Shown here: piece after piece, positions 9,777 through 31,671 of the stretch
How positions within the stretch are numbered: the first letter of the stretch is position 1
Layout of the letters: each line of letters begins with the position of its first letter
Assembly: GCA_020536535.1 (NCBI GenBank)
Contig: JAHLWZ010000249.1
Location: 1 to 54,931 of the forward strand
Length of the DNA stretch: 54,931 nt
Direction of reading: 5' to 3'
Origin: Pelomyxa schiedti
Taxonomy: Eukaryota; Protista; Evosea
The notes under the pieces: generated by a model
Told to the model about the DNA's origin: nothing
The model's database searches: none
What the model saw: the letters and a program-made list of their open reading frames with translations, nothing else
Made by a program: the position numbers and the translations under genes

Positions 9777-11638
9777 TCAGGGCCTATTTGGTGGATGTTG
9801 TTGGAAGGACTCAGTCCTTGGTCTTTTGCCCAAGGGTGGTGTGGGTGCTTGGGCTTCTTCTTGAAGTAGTTGTTCGAATTCTTGGCTTTGTAGGTCAGTG
9901 TCAGTTGAAATTGTGGTGTTGCTGGTATTATTTACTGCTGTTGTTGTACTAGATGAAGTTGGTGCGGTGGGTACTGTTGTGGATGTTGCTGATGATAATG
10001 GAGGGAATTGCATTAAAGAGTCCGGGGGTGATGGATTGGCTTGGATTTCGGCCTCAAAGTCATTGAGTCCGGCATAGAGGTCGTCGTAGTCAAGGCCTCC
10101 AAGGGTGTCCAATTCGGTGGAACTTGACAAGTCCGGATCCGGACTGGTAGCCGATGCTTTTGATGTGTTGGCAGCGGTATTTGTATTTGCAGTTGGTGTG
10201 TGTGGTTGCTGTGGTGATACTACAGGGGGAATTGGGGATGACTTTGGTGCGGAGGGAATTGGTTGTGCTGCAGCAGTTGTTCGCTGCGGCTGCTGTTGTT
10301 GTTGCTGTTGCTGTTGCTGCTGTTGTGGGGGTGGTGTTGTGGTTTTAGCGGGAATAGTTGGTTTTGCTGGTTGGGGAGGTGGGGTGTGGCTGCCAGTGGT
10401 TGGTGCCTGTATTGTTTTTAGCATTAAATTCGTACAGGAGGATTGCATACAGCCGGTGAGGCGGGGTTGGGTTCTGTTTTTATTGGCGTGTGTTCTGCTG
10501 ATCTTTTTCGCATATCGTCGTATGAAGCAAGGGACTTGGGATTCTGGAGGGATATTAATTTAATCAAACGGAAAAATATTACAACACCTTTTGAGGTATC
10601 TGTACAGTTGACAAATAGTCTTTATCGTAAACAGTGTTACCTAAGGCATTTCCAAAGACACGAAGAGCTCTTTTTCGGGCGTCAGAAACAGCTTCCTAAA
10701 AAAAGAATGAGTGAGGTGTCACTAGATGTGTATATAACCTTCTTAGCAAGTTCTATGGCTGCCCCTTTCACCTTTTGTTCGCTCATTCCAAAACCCACAT
10801 CCTATCAAAAGTCTATTTGGTGACCCTCACTGACCATGGTATTACCTCGTGGTGGGCTCCGTTTTTGAGAGTAACCTTCACAACCGCGGTAATTCCTACT
10901 CTCCATCGCCCATTAGATGCTTCAACCTACAGTTGTGTCAAAAAGTTGGTTACAAAAAGGAGGAAATGCTCACGAAGTCAGGGCTAATGTCTATTACATC
11001 AGAACTCCATCCCTCAAACCCAAAAATACTGTTCGCAAGTTCTATAACCTTCCAGCTTTCCACATAGGTGAACTGTTGGTTTCCAGCACCAATCCTCTTC
11101 GAGAGACAATCTATTGTTTTCGGAAATGTTAACATGGTATGTTGTTCAATCCCGATATTTATTTAGTACGCATGATAATAGGGTATAAGAGTACTCTTAT
11201 ACGTAATTAATTACACACACCGGCGGGTAGTTTCTTTTCCAGTAGCCTTCTTATTACACTTAGTTCGTCCTTCTCCCACTCGGTGTTACCAAATAGCTTC
11301 CCACCTGGTGCCCCTCCTCCGTCCCCCGACGACGACGAGGACGACGAGGACGAGGCCTGTGACGCCGCGGGCTCCTGCTTGTGCTGGTGCTGCACGGGCT
11401 GGTAGAGCTGCCCAGGCCTCGGCCCCAGCCCCTGCTGCTGCTGCGGCGGGGGCATCGGCATCGGAGGGGGCTTGTTGGGCTGCTGCGGGGGACGCTGCGG
11501 GGAGGGCGGGCCCTGGGGCTGGGGATGGGGGCCGTTGCTGGGTCGCGTGGGGCTGCTGCTGCTAGTGGCGGGGGGCTCCTGCTTGATGTTGGCGTGGGGA
11601 GGAGGAGGCGGTGCAGGGGAGTGCTGTTGTTGTTGCAT
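9777..11638 (-). CDS. RAD52: RAD52/RAD22 DNA repair and recombination protein with Pro/Gln-rich termini
   Basis: [51 protein letters not shown]-like region, [21 protein letters not shown]. Confidence 0.9.
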
Positions 11639-11801
11639 TATCGAAGGTCGTTGTTGTGTGTGCCGCTTGGGCTTCGGTCGCTGCGAAAAAATGTGAGAAA
11701 TTACTGTTAGTAGATCTGACAGGTAAATCTGTGGTGTTTCTTTTTTTACAATTAGCCTCTGATTGTAACAGGACAATGACTGGTGTTGTATTGCTTTGTG
11801 G

Positions 11802-13213
11802 TCACAGCCTATCGGGGAGAGCGACAACTTGTTTGATGAGGAATTGCTTCTCTTCCTTGAATTGTTCGTCATCTTTTTGTTCAAATTAGTTAAGACAGAG
11901 AATGTATTAAACTACACTACCCTTGTCATTTTGAAAGTTGTTGAGGAATCTGATCAGCTTTTCTTTGTTCTGGATAAGAATACGTAGAACGAGTGGAGGC
12001 TTGTTTGGATTCGCAACAAAGACCTGCACTAGTGTAAGTTCTTAATTTAACGGCTGTGTGTGTAGTACCTTGAAAACGTGGAATGATTCATACTGTATAC
12101 GCTTGCTGCGGTCACGTAATAGATTCATCATTACACGTAGATTTGTGCTGCTGCTTATGAATCGGGTCATTACATTGAAATTGGCGCGATCTAGTAGAAG
12201 TTCACCCAGCAGCTTCAGGGACTACAACACCTTTAGCGTGCAAAAGGAAAAAAATCGGAAGAACTGGGTACCTGGGTTCGGGTAACAAAGTTGTCCTTTT
12301 CAAGAAGGGCCATGTATCTGTCAAAAAACTTGGAGCGATCAGATAATTTTGAATTTTTACAGTTGTACTTTATCATAGTTAGTTTCCAAGAAGCCCGATG
12401 CCATTTCTTTGTGATTTGTCAATATTTCCTGGGAACACTGTGTCAGAACGAAGTAACAGGTTTTAAAATGTCACCTTCAGAGTGGCAAAAGCATCGCATG
12501 CAATATCAAATTGTACGGAATCGAGGTACTTAAACAAGGCCCAAACAATATCACCATGCAGCATGAGTTTATTTAGCGTTTCGAATTTGGAGCACTCACG
12601 CAGCATTGCGCCACAGGTGAGGGCAACCTCGGGATCCTCGTACCTTGGTTGATGTTTATGTGATGTGTTGGACCTGACAGTTAAACGGCATACCCTCTTA
12701 AGAGTACGTCGAGAGTGATGGGGCTGCGGGAAATGTACTCGGCAGTTGGTGAGCGGCCGCCTACTTGCCTTCGCAATAAATTTACAAACATGAATGAAGC
12801 ATCTCGTCTGGCTTCGAATTCAAGTTTCCCCATAGTCTGTATCATTAGCGGTAAGACATCAGTGGCAAAGCACTCATTGCAAATCAAAACTAAGGTCAGC
12901 AGTATAAGTGACACATAAAAAAAAAGGGTGAAGGAAAAAAATCACCAGCAGCCTCTGGTCCATGCTCCGGATCCGCCAAAAGACCTCTGATAAAACTCAA
13001 GTTTTTTGTGGTCTCCTCAACAACCTGCACGACAAGCGAAAAACGACAAAGCGTTTTGAGTGAGTGAATTAACCGAGCAACAACACACACAACTTTCAAA
13101 AACCCCGGGGATTGACATCACACCTTTCTGGGGGCAGGGGCTGGCTGTGCCAACACAGTGAGTGACTCCTTGATCGACCTCACCACTTCCTGTGGTTTAC
13201 CTCGCTTGAACAT
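11802..13213 (-). CDS. MO25: MO25/CAB39 family protein, copy 2
   Basis: Same spliced protein as copy 1; nine exons with GT-AG introns. Confidence 0.93.
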
Positions 13214-13479
13214 CTACGTCGCTACTAGCTAGCCCCTTTGACGTCGCTTCCCGCGTGTCACACGCCGTAGTCCCTTTTCGGGTTTTTTCTGGTTTACGGG
13301 AAATCTGATTTACTGGCACCCAACAAAAACATAAAGCCTGACCATGACACCCGATTTCACGGACTTCTGTCAAGGGTGGTCGGTCCCGTAAATCTCCCAC
13401 TGCCTCTTGACTGATTACGCAGAATTGGTGGCATGGCCGAGAAGCTTATTGCTGAAATCACTTGATATGTCTGCACTCT

Positions 13480-16742
<3,263 letters not shown>

Positions 16743-16952
16743 CGCTTCGTGATTAAAAAAAACGATAGTTTTTGATGGAATCTTTGATTCCTGAATCGGC
16801 AAGCCTGTTGATTGGCGGAGGGGTGGTGAAGATGCGGGGCAGATGGTAGTATCACAAAAGGGGGAAGGCTTTTGATACAGCGTGATGTTGTGTGTGTGAC
16901 TTGCCCTTTGGTTTGGTGGTTGGAGTTTGGAGGTGGGTGTTTGTTTTTTTGG

Positions 16953-19900
16953 TTAGGATTTACTGGCAGCATGCTTCTTGTTGAGCCTTTTTACCCGTCG
17001 GGGCGGGGTTGGGGTCTCGGGTGCTGCGGGGAATGTTAGAATCATGGGATGAAAAGCGTGGGGTTGTGGTACACACATGGGTTGTAATCGTCGTCTTCCG
17101 TTTTGTCAGAGTTGCTGTCACTAAAGTGATGCACCCGGCGTGTTTTGTGGGAGGTGCCGGATTTGCCTTCCTTTTCATCCTTTTGGTTCGCGGTTTTGGA
17201 TTTCGGCGGTTTTTCATTCGTTTGCTTGTGAGTTGGTTCTTTTCCTTTTGGTGAAGAGCGATTGTAAGTGGGGATTGTTTGTTTTAGGAGAGAATTTTTG
17301 GAATACCTTCAGAACTACTGCCGCTGCTCTTTCTTGGCCTCTTTCTTGTGGAGGGATCCCGTTCTGGTGACTGTGCATGCTTTTTTGGTTTTTTGGTCCT
17401 TATTTTCTGTGCCGGTTTCCTTTTGGGTTTCGGCTTTGTGTCACTCCCTGAGTTGCTCTCACTGTCACTTGAAGTCTTTTTTTTCATTGCTTTTCTGCTT
17501 TTGGGCTTGGTTTTATGCTTGTGTTTGCCGGTCTTAACTCTTTCTTTTGGTGACTTTTTCTTCCTTCTCTTCTCTTTTTCTTTCCTGTCTTCCTCACTTT
17601 CCTTTTCACTCCAGGAATCGCTCTCCCTACGCTGGTAACCAATTGGTTTGGATTTTATGATTTCTACGGAGTCTCCTCCATTGAGTACACTTCCGCTTCC
17701 GCTTCCGTCATCAACATCTTTATCATCAATTTGGAGCGGTGCCTCACCGTCATCATCATGGTGGATGTCTTGTATAATAACTGAGTTGTCAACGGGCTCA
17801 TTGACAGGTTCTGTAGACGGTGAATCATCATGTTCCTGCTTTGCTTTGTTGTTCTTGGTAGCTGTGGAGGGGGCTTGAGATTCAGTCTCTGTGGGTTGTT
17901 TCTTTGGAGACTGGACATTTCGTCTCTCTGGTGATGATTGGGGAGTAAGCTGTTGTTGGGGCTCATTTCTCCTTTGGGATGAACCGAGGTTGTTGGTATT
18001 ATTATATTGAAAAGTGTCTCCTCTGAAGATATTGGGGGAATGTGTGAAGTGTTGCTTGAAAACTACTGCAAGCGAGGTTCTCTTCTTAGAACTACTGGGT
18101 GTAGCGGGGATAATTTGTTCTGGCCCATGATTTCTGGTATAAGGGCTGATTCTAAACCCAGTGCTCTCATTTTCTCTACTGTTCTCATTTTCACTGCCAG
18201 ATATGTAGTCGGTATCAAAAATATAACTCGCCATAGGAATTGGTGATGGTTCGGGGATGTTCACAGGTATTTTTGGAATGAAAGGTGTAGACACTGAGGA
18301 AAATGAGTTGGATGTTTTAGCTTCAATACGACTAGGGGAAGGAGACTTTGTCGGAGAAACAGAGTTTCGAGAGGAAGAAGACTTTGTAGGGGAAACAGAT
18401 TTTCGAGGGGAAGTAGACCTTACTGTAGGAGAAGAAGACTTTGCGGGGGAAGGAGGCTTAACAGGGGAAACGAATTTTTTAGGGGAAGGAGATTTTGCAG
18501 GGGAAGGACATTTTGTGGGGGAAGGAGACTTAACAGGGGAGGTGGACTTTGTGCGCTGTAAAACTTGGCGAGTGTCACTTGAGGCACTGTCGGTTGACTC
18601 TTCATCCACATAATTTTCTTTCTGGGAATCAGGACTGAATAGATTCTTTTTGTCTCTAAGGAGAAAACTTTACGAAAAGAATAAGGTACCTTCTTGCAAG
18701 CAAGGATATCGGGAGAAGGCTTTACTGTGTCGGAAATCCGTTGCATAGTCCTGGGGGTATAAATTTTCCTTTCTGTTGATATTGATTCCCGTTTGCCTGA
18801 TTAGGTGATATTAGTGGTGGGCGAGAAGGAGGAAAGAAAACCTGGAGTTCCGGGTGTCGGAGGAGGTGTGGCACACCTTGGAATTTCGTCACTGCTTAGT
18901 TTTTTCTCGGGCCTCTCCTCGGTGTCGAAGGAAGTTTCTGTGATGGGTATGGGAGGCCCTTCCAAGATTTGTGATTCATTACTCGAAGGAGACCCTTCTA
19001 AAATTTGAGATTCTTCACTTCCTTCACTTGAATCATCCCCGCTAGGGTCTCCTTCCTGTGTTCCTTCCATGTCTTGATCGCTTTCAGAGGTATTCTTCTC
19101 TCTTGTATCAGAATCTTCACTCGAGTGCTCACTATGAGTGATTATTTCTTTGGTATCAGGTGCTGTATATATCACAGGATCATCTGTATCTCGGAGACTT
19201 TCTGTGACTGAGGCGTGGGCGTTCGCGAACTCCGAGTTTCCGTCACTTGAACTCTGTTCTTCAATGTGATTGTCACTATCATTATCGGTCTCATTTGCAA
19301 ATCCCACTCCTGTGTTACTGGAAGCCTCCATTGTATTTCTTACAAGTGTATCTGTTGAGGAAGAAACAGACTTGCTGCTTTCCAGAACTAGTAATTCTGG
19401 TGTTACTTCTGATCGGTCCAGTGGTAGAAACGAATAGGTTGTAGGAGTTTGAATAGATACAGAAGTAGCCGAGTCCTGGGGCAGTGCCGGAACTTTATAT
19501 AAGCACGGGATCTGGTAATTATCACATCAAGAAAGTAAGACATATCTTCATACATGTGGGTTTCGGGACTTGGAAGAAGGTTTAGTGTTTGTGGCTAACA
19601 CTCCAATTCGCTTATTTGCACTATTGCCAGAGTTAGCAGAAGCGGGTACTTGGGGTTGTCGGGCTGGAGTGGCATATGCATTCAATCTTTTTGCTTCTGT
19701 CCTTCTCCTTGTAGTCGGTGACCTTGAGGAAAATGAGATGTTTTAAACAGGAACTGATCTTACAGATGAAGTTGTGTTTTAGAACTTGTTTCAACTTTTT
19801 TCATACTTGTTTGTGGCTATATTGGAGATTAGCTTATAAACGGAAATGAGTGGAACCTTAAGGACTCCTTTCATATCTCGAGCCGTCAAGTTTGTGTTCT

Positions 19901-21020
19901 TTTTGTCTCCGGGTACAGACGTTCGAAGTACTTTCCTCTTCACGCTGCCAACGCCTGAAGAGGTACCTTCTCCAACGCCAATCACACCACAAACCCCACC
20001 CCCAGCACCAACTCTGAGAGTTGTTGTAATTTGCTTAGATTTCGCTGTTGTCATAGGAACAATCCTTTGCTTTGGAGCAGCAGGGGTCCTCAGGGCCGCT
20101 GTAGCTTTGTTGGGTATGCTAGAGGTTGCTGTCCGCATTTCCGCATTTCTGGCTGGCTGGACCTTTTGCTTCCCCGGTACTACAGGTTGCATGTATTGTT
20201 TCAGTGGTGAATTCTGTGGTACTGGCTTTTTGTGGTATGGTGTTGGAAGAAGATGCACAGGTTTTTTGACACAATCGGAGCCAACCAATGAATCAACTGG
20301 AGCAGAGCCGCGAGATGACGAATCCATCGATTCCGCAGTTGCACCAGGTTTCGATGAGATAAGGGATACAGGCGAGGGCGAGGGTGAGGCTGCTGGTTTC
20401 TTGGATGCCGATTGCGTTGCCTGTTTAGGCAGCAGGTGCACAACTTTGGTACAGGGAACTGGTGTGGCTTTTTTTTTTCCGATGGCGAGTTAGAGAAGAG
20501 AAAGAGAAAGAGAGAGAGGGGGGAAAAAAGAGCCAAATAGTAACAAGAAGTGAGAGTGGCCAGTACACATACAGCTAGCAGTATTGATCTTGGGCCTCTT
20601 CGAAGTAGGCGGGGAGGCCTTCACGCCGTCCCCAACCCCGACCCCGACACCAACGACACCACGACGCTGTCCACCCCCACCACCCCCACTACTCACACCC
20701 CACGACGACGACGCTGGTGTCTGCATGGGTGACAAGGCCGGTGCAACAGGCGACACGGTGAAGTCCCTCGTCGTTGTAGTAGTTGTAGTCGGAGTAGTAG
20801 TAGTTGCTGGCCTGCTGTTGACAACATGACGAGGAAGAGGGCGTGTGGTGGGGGTGCTAGGTGTGGTCGTCCCTGATTGCTGCTGCTGCTGTTGCCTGAG
20901 GTGGGCGAGGACGTGGGGGCTGGTGCCAGCCCCGGGCGGCGATGACGACGAGGACGCGGTAAGGTGGTGGGGGTGTCTGCTGGGGGTCGGTGGCTCCCTC
21001 ACCTCAGGCCCCTGATGCAT
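16953..21020 (-). CDS. Large low-complexity Ser/Pro/Thr/Lys-rich protein of unknown function (multi-exon)
   Basis: Successive long minus-strand ORFs (20490-21188, 19791-20441, 18801-19331, 17284-18609) separated by short introns; predicted end ...PETPTPPRRVKRLNKKHAASKS*. Confidence 0.65.
18330..18545 (-). repeat. Coding 18-bp tandem repeat encoding SPxK-type units
   Basis: SPVKSPSPTKCPSPAKSPSPKKFVSPVKPPSPAKSSSPTVRSTSPRKSVSPTK. Confidence 0.85.
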
Positions 21021-21238
21021 CGGGTCGTGTTTCGATTTGATTTTGTTGTTGGTTAGGCGAACACCTGCCGTCGTGATTTGGGTGATTGGAGGAGAGGTCA
21101 CCAGTGCCGACACAGCAGGTGAGATGTGGGGGGCGGGGGGGGGTGTATTGTATTGTTGCGCCCCTAAGCACCTCCCATCCTGAGTCACCCCTCCCGGTTA
21201 TGGGTAGGCACCATCAGAACACTTTTTCGGCTCGAGTG

Positions 21239-24105
21239 ATGAGTGGGGGAAGTAGTGCAGGAGGTGTGCCGATACATAGTTGTAGTTATAATTGCCCAAT
21301 TCACCAACGACATTATTAGAGTTCCCAGTAGCATCCAAGGAGTTGTCACCTGAGGGTATGCTTGTTTTTGCTTGCTTGTTTGTTTGTTTGTTTGTTTACT
21401 GGCACCCAATTGGGTTGGGTTGGGACAGAGTTGGAGTTGGCCAAAGATGACTCAATGCCTCTGTTTGAAAAGACCATTAAACACTTGCAAAGTCCAGCTT
21501 CCAGCCACAAGTACTTTCCTTCTGTCCTTTTTTCCCACATCACTGTTATTTATTTGTTGAGGCTCAGTTTAGGCTATCAGCAGTAAGGGAATTATGTGAA
21601 GCGGCAGTGGCCGGAGGTTCTAGAAAAACTTTGAAAGAGCTGCTCCCTGTTATCCTCAGTGGCGTATTATGCACTGCCAGTAATCCAAACGATTCAACTG
21701 CTACTACATGTGACGTTGCAGTGAAACAGGCTGCTGTAGAGCAAATGAGTGATTTCTCAATTTATTTATTGAAAGTTGCTTGTATTTTGTAAGTTAATAA
21801 TATTGTAATGCCCAAAATAGTCTGGCGTTCAACCTCTGGCTGACAGTGTTGTGGATGTGATTGTACCTCGAATGGCACTACTTCTAACTGATGAATCCCC
21901 GCAAGTATTTAACAAGAACCGCTTTATTTCCTGATACATTTAACAGGTCAGAGAAGCTTGTACCAAAACTTTTTCTGACATTGTAAACCACTTGCACCAA
22001 GTGAGTGACAATTAATCAAAGGGGGGGTGTTAACTCCGATACAGGAGCTCCTTAGATTTCATGTGTTGCCTGTTATATTAAAGCTCAGCAGTAAAGCAGA
22101 TGATGAGACCTCCCGAGCTCAATCTTTGCAGGTGTCTCTGGTCTTCTCAGAAACCTAATAATATAATTTCAGATCATAGACAACACTGTCATTGCTTTTC
22201 CCAAAGAGATTTGTTTGCATTCCTTTATTCCAATTCTGCAGTCTCTCTCTGAAGATCCCTCATACCGCGTACGAAAGGTAACTGTTGCATTACAACTCAC
22301 AACTCATTTTCAAAGACAGTAGCAATGCATTTGGGAAACATAAGTATTGTTCTGGGTCCTGTTGGGGTCGTGTCAACTATTGTAGTTCACATGTTTATTT
22401 ACTTTTCCCCTTACTCCTCGAAGGCTCCGATATATTTGAAGCTTGCAAAAGATCCAGTGTGGTGTGTGCGGAAATCTTGTGCCGATTCTCTTACTGTTAC
22501 TTGCAACCACCTTCCTCTCCAATCTAAAAGTATGCTGTGTGAAGTCCTCAGGTTCCTGACTGCTGACGTAACTCACCTGTTGGCTGCTAACCCTAAATCC
22601 ACCCCAGAGCTCCCGCTGGGTGAAGATATCTGCATACCAGCACTTAGGAGAAGTGCTGGCTCTATTACCACCTGCGCAGGTATGGTACTCCTTTTCCCCT
22701 TGAATGCTAAGTCCTTATTTGACAGGTTAGTGTTGTTTAGCTCGTCATGTTTAGTGATATCTGCAGATTAGTGACGATTTAATTGAGTTGTACACAAGAA
22801 TGGCTACTGATTCCCTCAAAATCGGGGACAGTGACGTCAGGCTGTTTTGTGCATATTCTCTTCCCGGTAGTTTAATATTCAAAAAAGTAATTAATTCTTA
22901 ACTCTCACACTGCTAAAGGAGTTCTTACCAACCTGGGAAAAGGGAAATGGTCAGTTTTCAAACCAACATTTGATGTACTGTCCCAGGATTTGCAAGTTGT
23001 GATCTATTATTACTTCCTTAAACTCACGTTCTTTAGTGGAAAGTAAGAAAGTCACTTGCCCATTCATTGCACGAGATCGCCAAAATCATTGGTTGTGAAC
23101 TCACTGTTTCCGATCTTCTCCCCGTTTTTTCGCAATACCTGAAAGACCTAGATAGTGTATTTTCCTTCTTCTCAGCTCCTTTTTTAACCTTACCATGGTT
23201 AAGGTGAAAGTAGGAGTTATCAAGAACATCAGCAATTTTCTGTTCTCAGTACCCCCTCAAGAGCGAGCTCAGTTCACAGACGTGATAAAGGAAATGTGCG
23301 TTGGTGACAACTGGAGAATGAAGAGGCTCATCGTAAAGTAAGTGCATACTACTTTCCACTTTCTTTTTACCCTAAACACTCAATTCTCATCACACCATAG
23401 ACAAATAGGTGACATTGCTAGGCTATACAACACACCGGAAGGTGTCCTCATGGTACAAACTCTATTACTTCAGTTAATCAATGACCGCGCCGCTGTTGTC
23501 AGAGTGAAAGCCTGTAAAATGGTACTCATTCAAAGTCTAACATATTTCGTTCTAATGGGATGAATAGGTGGGTCCCGTTGTGGCCTCGTGCATGATCAAC
23601 GACGATAGTTACCCTGTAAGGAAAGGGTTCTATGCAAAACTCATAGAATTCGCACAGGACAACTGCTTCAGAATCCGGCAATTGTATGTTCTTTTACACC
23701 TATTCAATAACACCACTCTAATAATAACAATGGCACTGCTGTACAATTTGTGATATGTTGTACTGACATAAAAAAAACCAATTGTATTACTAGATATGCG
23801 ATGAGCTGTCACAGCATGATAGGGGTCATTCCTGATGATGAGTTTACAACAGACTTACTTCCAACTTTGTTGAGGTTACACACTGACCCTGTAGTCAATG
23901 TTCGTGTGATTGTGGCCAGTACTTTGGTGCAACTCAAGGCAATTGCAGGTAGTACCTACTATATAGATGTAATAACAGAAGAACCTGGGTTTTGGTACTA
24001 ATGGAATTTTTAGGCAAGACAGAGATATCACTTGACAGAGCACTACTAAAGTTAAGAAAAGATGCTGACAAGGACGTTCAATTTGTGGCAAACGTAAAGT
24101 CGTAA
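21239..24105 (+). CDS. PPP4R1: HEAT-repeat protein phosphatase 4 regulatory subunit 1-like
   Basis: FCAYSLPG, WKVRKSLAHSLHEIAKIIG..LTVSDLLPVF..YLKDLD.VKVGVIK, D.VVNVRV, DADKDVQF; many short introns. Confidence 0.82.
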
Positions 24106-24219
24106 TAGTATGCGTGAAGCAGAAAGCGTTGTTTTATTTGGTGTGAAATAGATTCAATGCAGGTTTTGAGGTCATGGTGGTGAGATTTTGTAATAAACAG
24201 TCCGGAAGTACAAGTGTAA

Positions 24220-24684
<465 letters not shown>

Positions 24685-24845
24685 TCAATCATCCTCTCCA
24701 CGCCAATCTACTCCAACAACCCATGACATTTTAATATTTCTTGTTTTCTTGTGGGCCAAACCAATGTTTACTTGGCATCACCACATAGTAACAAAGGTGC
24801 TTCATTTTTCAAAAGTGATTGAAGTATGTAGTACTGTGAGGTTTT

Positions 24846-26053
24846 TTACTCAATTTCCCAATATACATGGTAATCTGCCTTTTTCCCTGATTTTGTGAAA
24901 CCAAGCCTCTTGGCCTCAGAGAACAGTGCTTGAAAGCATGCAGTTACTTGAGTCTTATCAGCGATATCAACCTATCATAGATATTTAAGTTTCTAGGTGG
25001 TGTACTTGGGATTGTTCCCACACCTGAAAGAATGGGCAATCAAGACTGGCAGCACATTTCATGGCTTCATCTTCGACTGGAGTTACACTGGCCTCAGAGG
25101 GTGTGTACTCATCGTTGGTTACATCTGCACACCTGATGCACGCAATAACAAGAGGTACTTTGGACAGGCTAACATGACAGGCCTCCTCATAGCCTTGATC
25201 AGTGATCGAGACATCACCATAGTCAAACTTGTGCTCATTTCGGACCGTATCCTGTTGTGGGGAATCAGCTTATCTGTGAGAGAGGGATAGCAGTGTACCG
25301 TTTTCCTCTGGTGCAGTATTGTGTATTGCAGAGTGTTTTTGAGAAATGCCCAGCTTTTGGAATTCCCTTGATCATACCAGAAAACGAAAGCCTCGTGGTT
25401 TAAAGTGTCAATCTTACTCAGGTATATGTTCACATTTGGTTCTTTGGTAGGAATATTGAGAAACCGCGGATTTGTTCCTTGCATGCAATCAACTATAAAA
25501 GGGTAAGCAAAAGTTCATCAAAGAAAAAAAAGAGAAAAAGAGGAAAAAAGAAAACCAAGGTAACATTTCACCGCTATTATTGTAGAATTGTAATTGTATT
25601 ATGGCACGCACGCACGCGCGCGCGCACACACATACGGCTATAGTCCCAAACCTCGACTATGTTAGTCTCCCCCTTTACCGAAGTAGGCAATGAGAAATAT
25701 TCGTAAGTGACAGTGGGACCCTCATACGACACTGGCCCTGCGTCGTACATCCTCCCGACAATCGGCGAAACCCCTCCCGCGTTGAACGGCTGCGTCCCCT
25801 CGTGGAACCGCGACGACTCGCGAAGCCGATCGACCCACGCCGGTTCGCCCATGAACCGCCACGAGTAGCCCACCACCGCCACCCGCAGCGTTCGCATTGC
25901 GGGATCGTAGTCGCCCGCGCCCCCGCCGGCAGCACTAGGCGGCGACGCCAAAGGGAATAATGGGTGCGTTTCCCTGACCAACGTTTCCCTGACCAACGGA
26001 GCTGCCTCTACGCTGGGCGTCGACGCTGTGGCCTTGGTACCGGAACTCCCCAT
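24846..26053 (-). CDS. Highly divergent Ras/Rab-fold protein with a putative N-myristoylation site
   Basis: MGSSGTK; LRVAVVGY, IVEVWDYS, AFVFWYDQGNSKSW, VPLVIACIRC, EDEAMKCAASLDCPFFQV follow small-GTPase strand order, but G1 and G4 are degenerate. Confidence 0.6.
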
Positions 26054-26357
26054 TTCTTTCTCTTATCTGAGAAAGCACCTCCAGACTGTTGGGGCCTGCG
26101 CTAGGTAGTGGTTGATCAGGACTTAATTGTGAAGGTGGTTATCAATACTCTCTCAGGGTGAGGATGTCTCAGACTTGATGCGGGCAAGTAGTGTCAAAAA
26201 AGAATAACGTGAAGCAGCGATGCATCGTAATTTAAATTTTACGTAGCTGTTCGCAATCAAAACACAAATAAAAACAAACCCACAACAATAACACCTGGTA
26301 CCCCCTACCCATATAACCAACACACCATATAGCGCATACACTATCCATACATACAAC

Positions 26358-26608
26358 ATGGCAGACAGACCGCCGTCACCCCCACACAAGAGAGGCCGTG
26401 TAGCAGACCCACAACCACAGCCACAGACGCCAACCACAAGCACAACAACCACCACCACCACGAGTACGCCCTTGTCCCCTCCCCCTCCTCCTCACCAGCA
26501 CCAGCAACAGCAACAACAGCCAGGAGGTGAGCGTGATCGTGATTTCCGTCAAAGTGGCCCTAGGCAGTCCCCAGAATCCGCTGCCGCTGCGGCTCACCGC
26601 GATTACCG
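26358..26608 (+). CDS. Partial duplicate of the PIWI first exon (cut by gap)
   Basis: MADRPPSPPHKRGRVAD... as at 27386. Confidence 0.7.
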
Positions 26609-26708
26609 NNNNNNNNNNNNNNNNNNNNNNNNNNNNNNNNNNNNNNNNNNNNNNNNNNNNNNNNNNNNNNNNNNNNNNNNNNNNNNNNNNNNNNNNNNNN
26701 NNNNNNNN
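26609..26708. other. Scaffold gap (100 N)
   Basis: Run of N. Confidence 1.
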
Positions 26709-27087
26709 CGAAGTAGGCAATGAGAAATATTCGTAAGTGACAGTGGGACCCTCATACGACACTGGCCCTGCGTCGTACATCCTCCCGACAATCGGCGAAA
26801 CCCCTCCCGCGTTGAACGGCTGCGTCCCCCGTGGAACCGCGACGACTCGCGAAGCCGATCGACCACGCCGGTTCGCCCATGAACCGCCACGAGTAGCCCA
26901 CCACCGCCACCCGCAGCGTTCGCATTGCGGGATCGTAGTCGCCCGCGCCCCCGCCGGCAGCACTAGGCGGCGACACCAAAGGGAATAATGGGTGCGTTTC
27001 CCTGACCAACGGAGCTGCCTCTACGCTGGGCGTCGACGCTGCTACGCTGGGCGTCGACGCTGTGGCCTTGGTACCGGAACTCCCCAT
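26709..27087 (-). pseudogene. Second copy of the GTPase-like exon 1 with two 1-bp deletions (allele, pseudogene or contig-end error)
   Basis: gtcccctcgtgg vs gtcccccgtgg and gacccacg vs gaccacg relative to 25677-26053. Confidence 0.55.
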
Positions 27088-27385
27088 TTCTTTCTCTTAT
27101 CTGAGAAAGCACCTCCAGACTCTGGGGGCCTGCGATAGGGAGTGGTTGATTAGGACTTAATTGTGAAGGTGGTTATCAATACTCTCAGGGTGAGGATGTC
27201 TCAGACTTGATGCGGGCAACTAGTGTCAAAAAAGAATAACGTGAAGCAGCGATGCATAAATTTGACGTAGCTGTTCGCAATCAAAACACAAATAAAAACA
27301 AACCCACAACAATAACACCACCTGGTACCCCCTACCCCATATAACCAACACACCATATAGCGCATAGACTGTCCATACATACAAC

Positions 27386-31555
<4,170 letters not shown>

Positions 31556-31671
31556 ACCCATCCAATAACCAACCAACACAAATAAACACCTGTTTTACAT
31601 ACTGCTTTTTTTCTTAGTGATTTCAGTTTCCATCTTTGTTTGGTGTTGCGTCCGAGCATCACTCAGGTGTT

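Noticed and set aside
10105-10563. Cys-rich plus-strand ORF (poly-Cys) and similar ORFs at 11308-11889
   Set aside because: Antisense shadows of CAG/CAA poly-Gln and Pro tracts in RAD52
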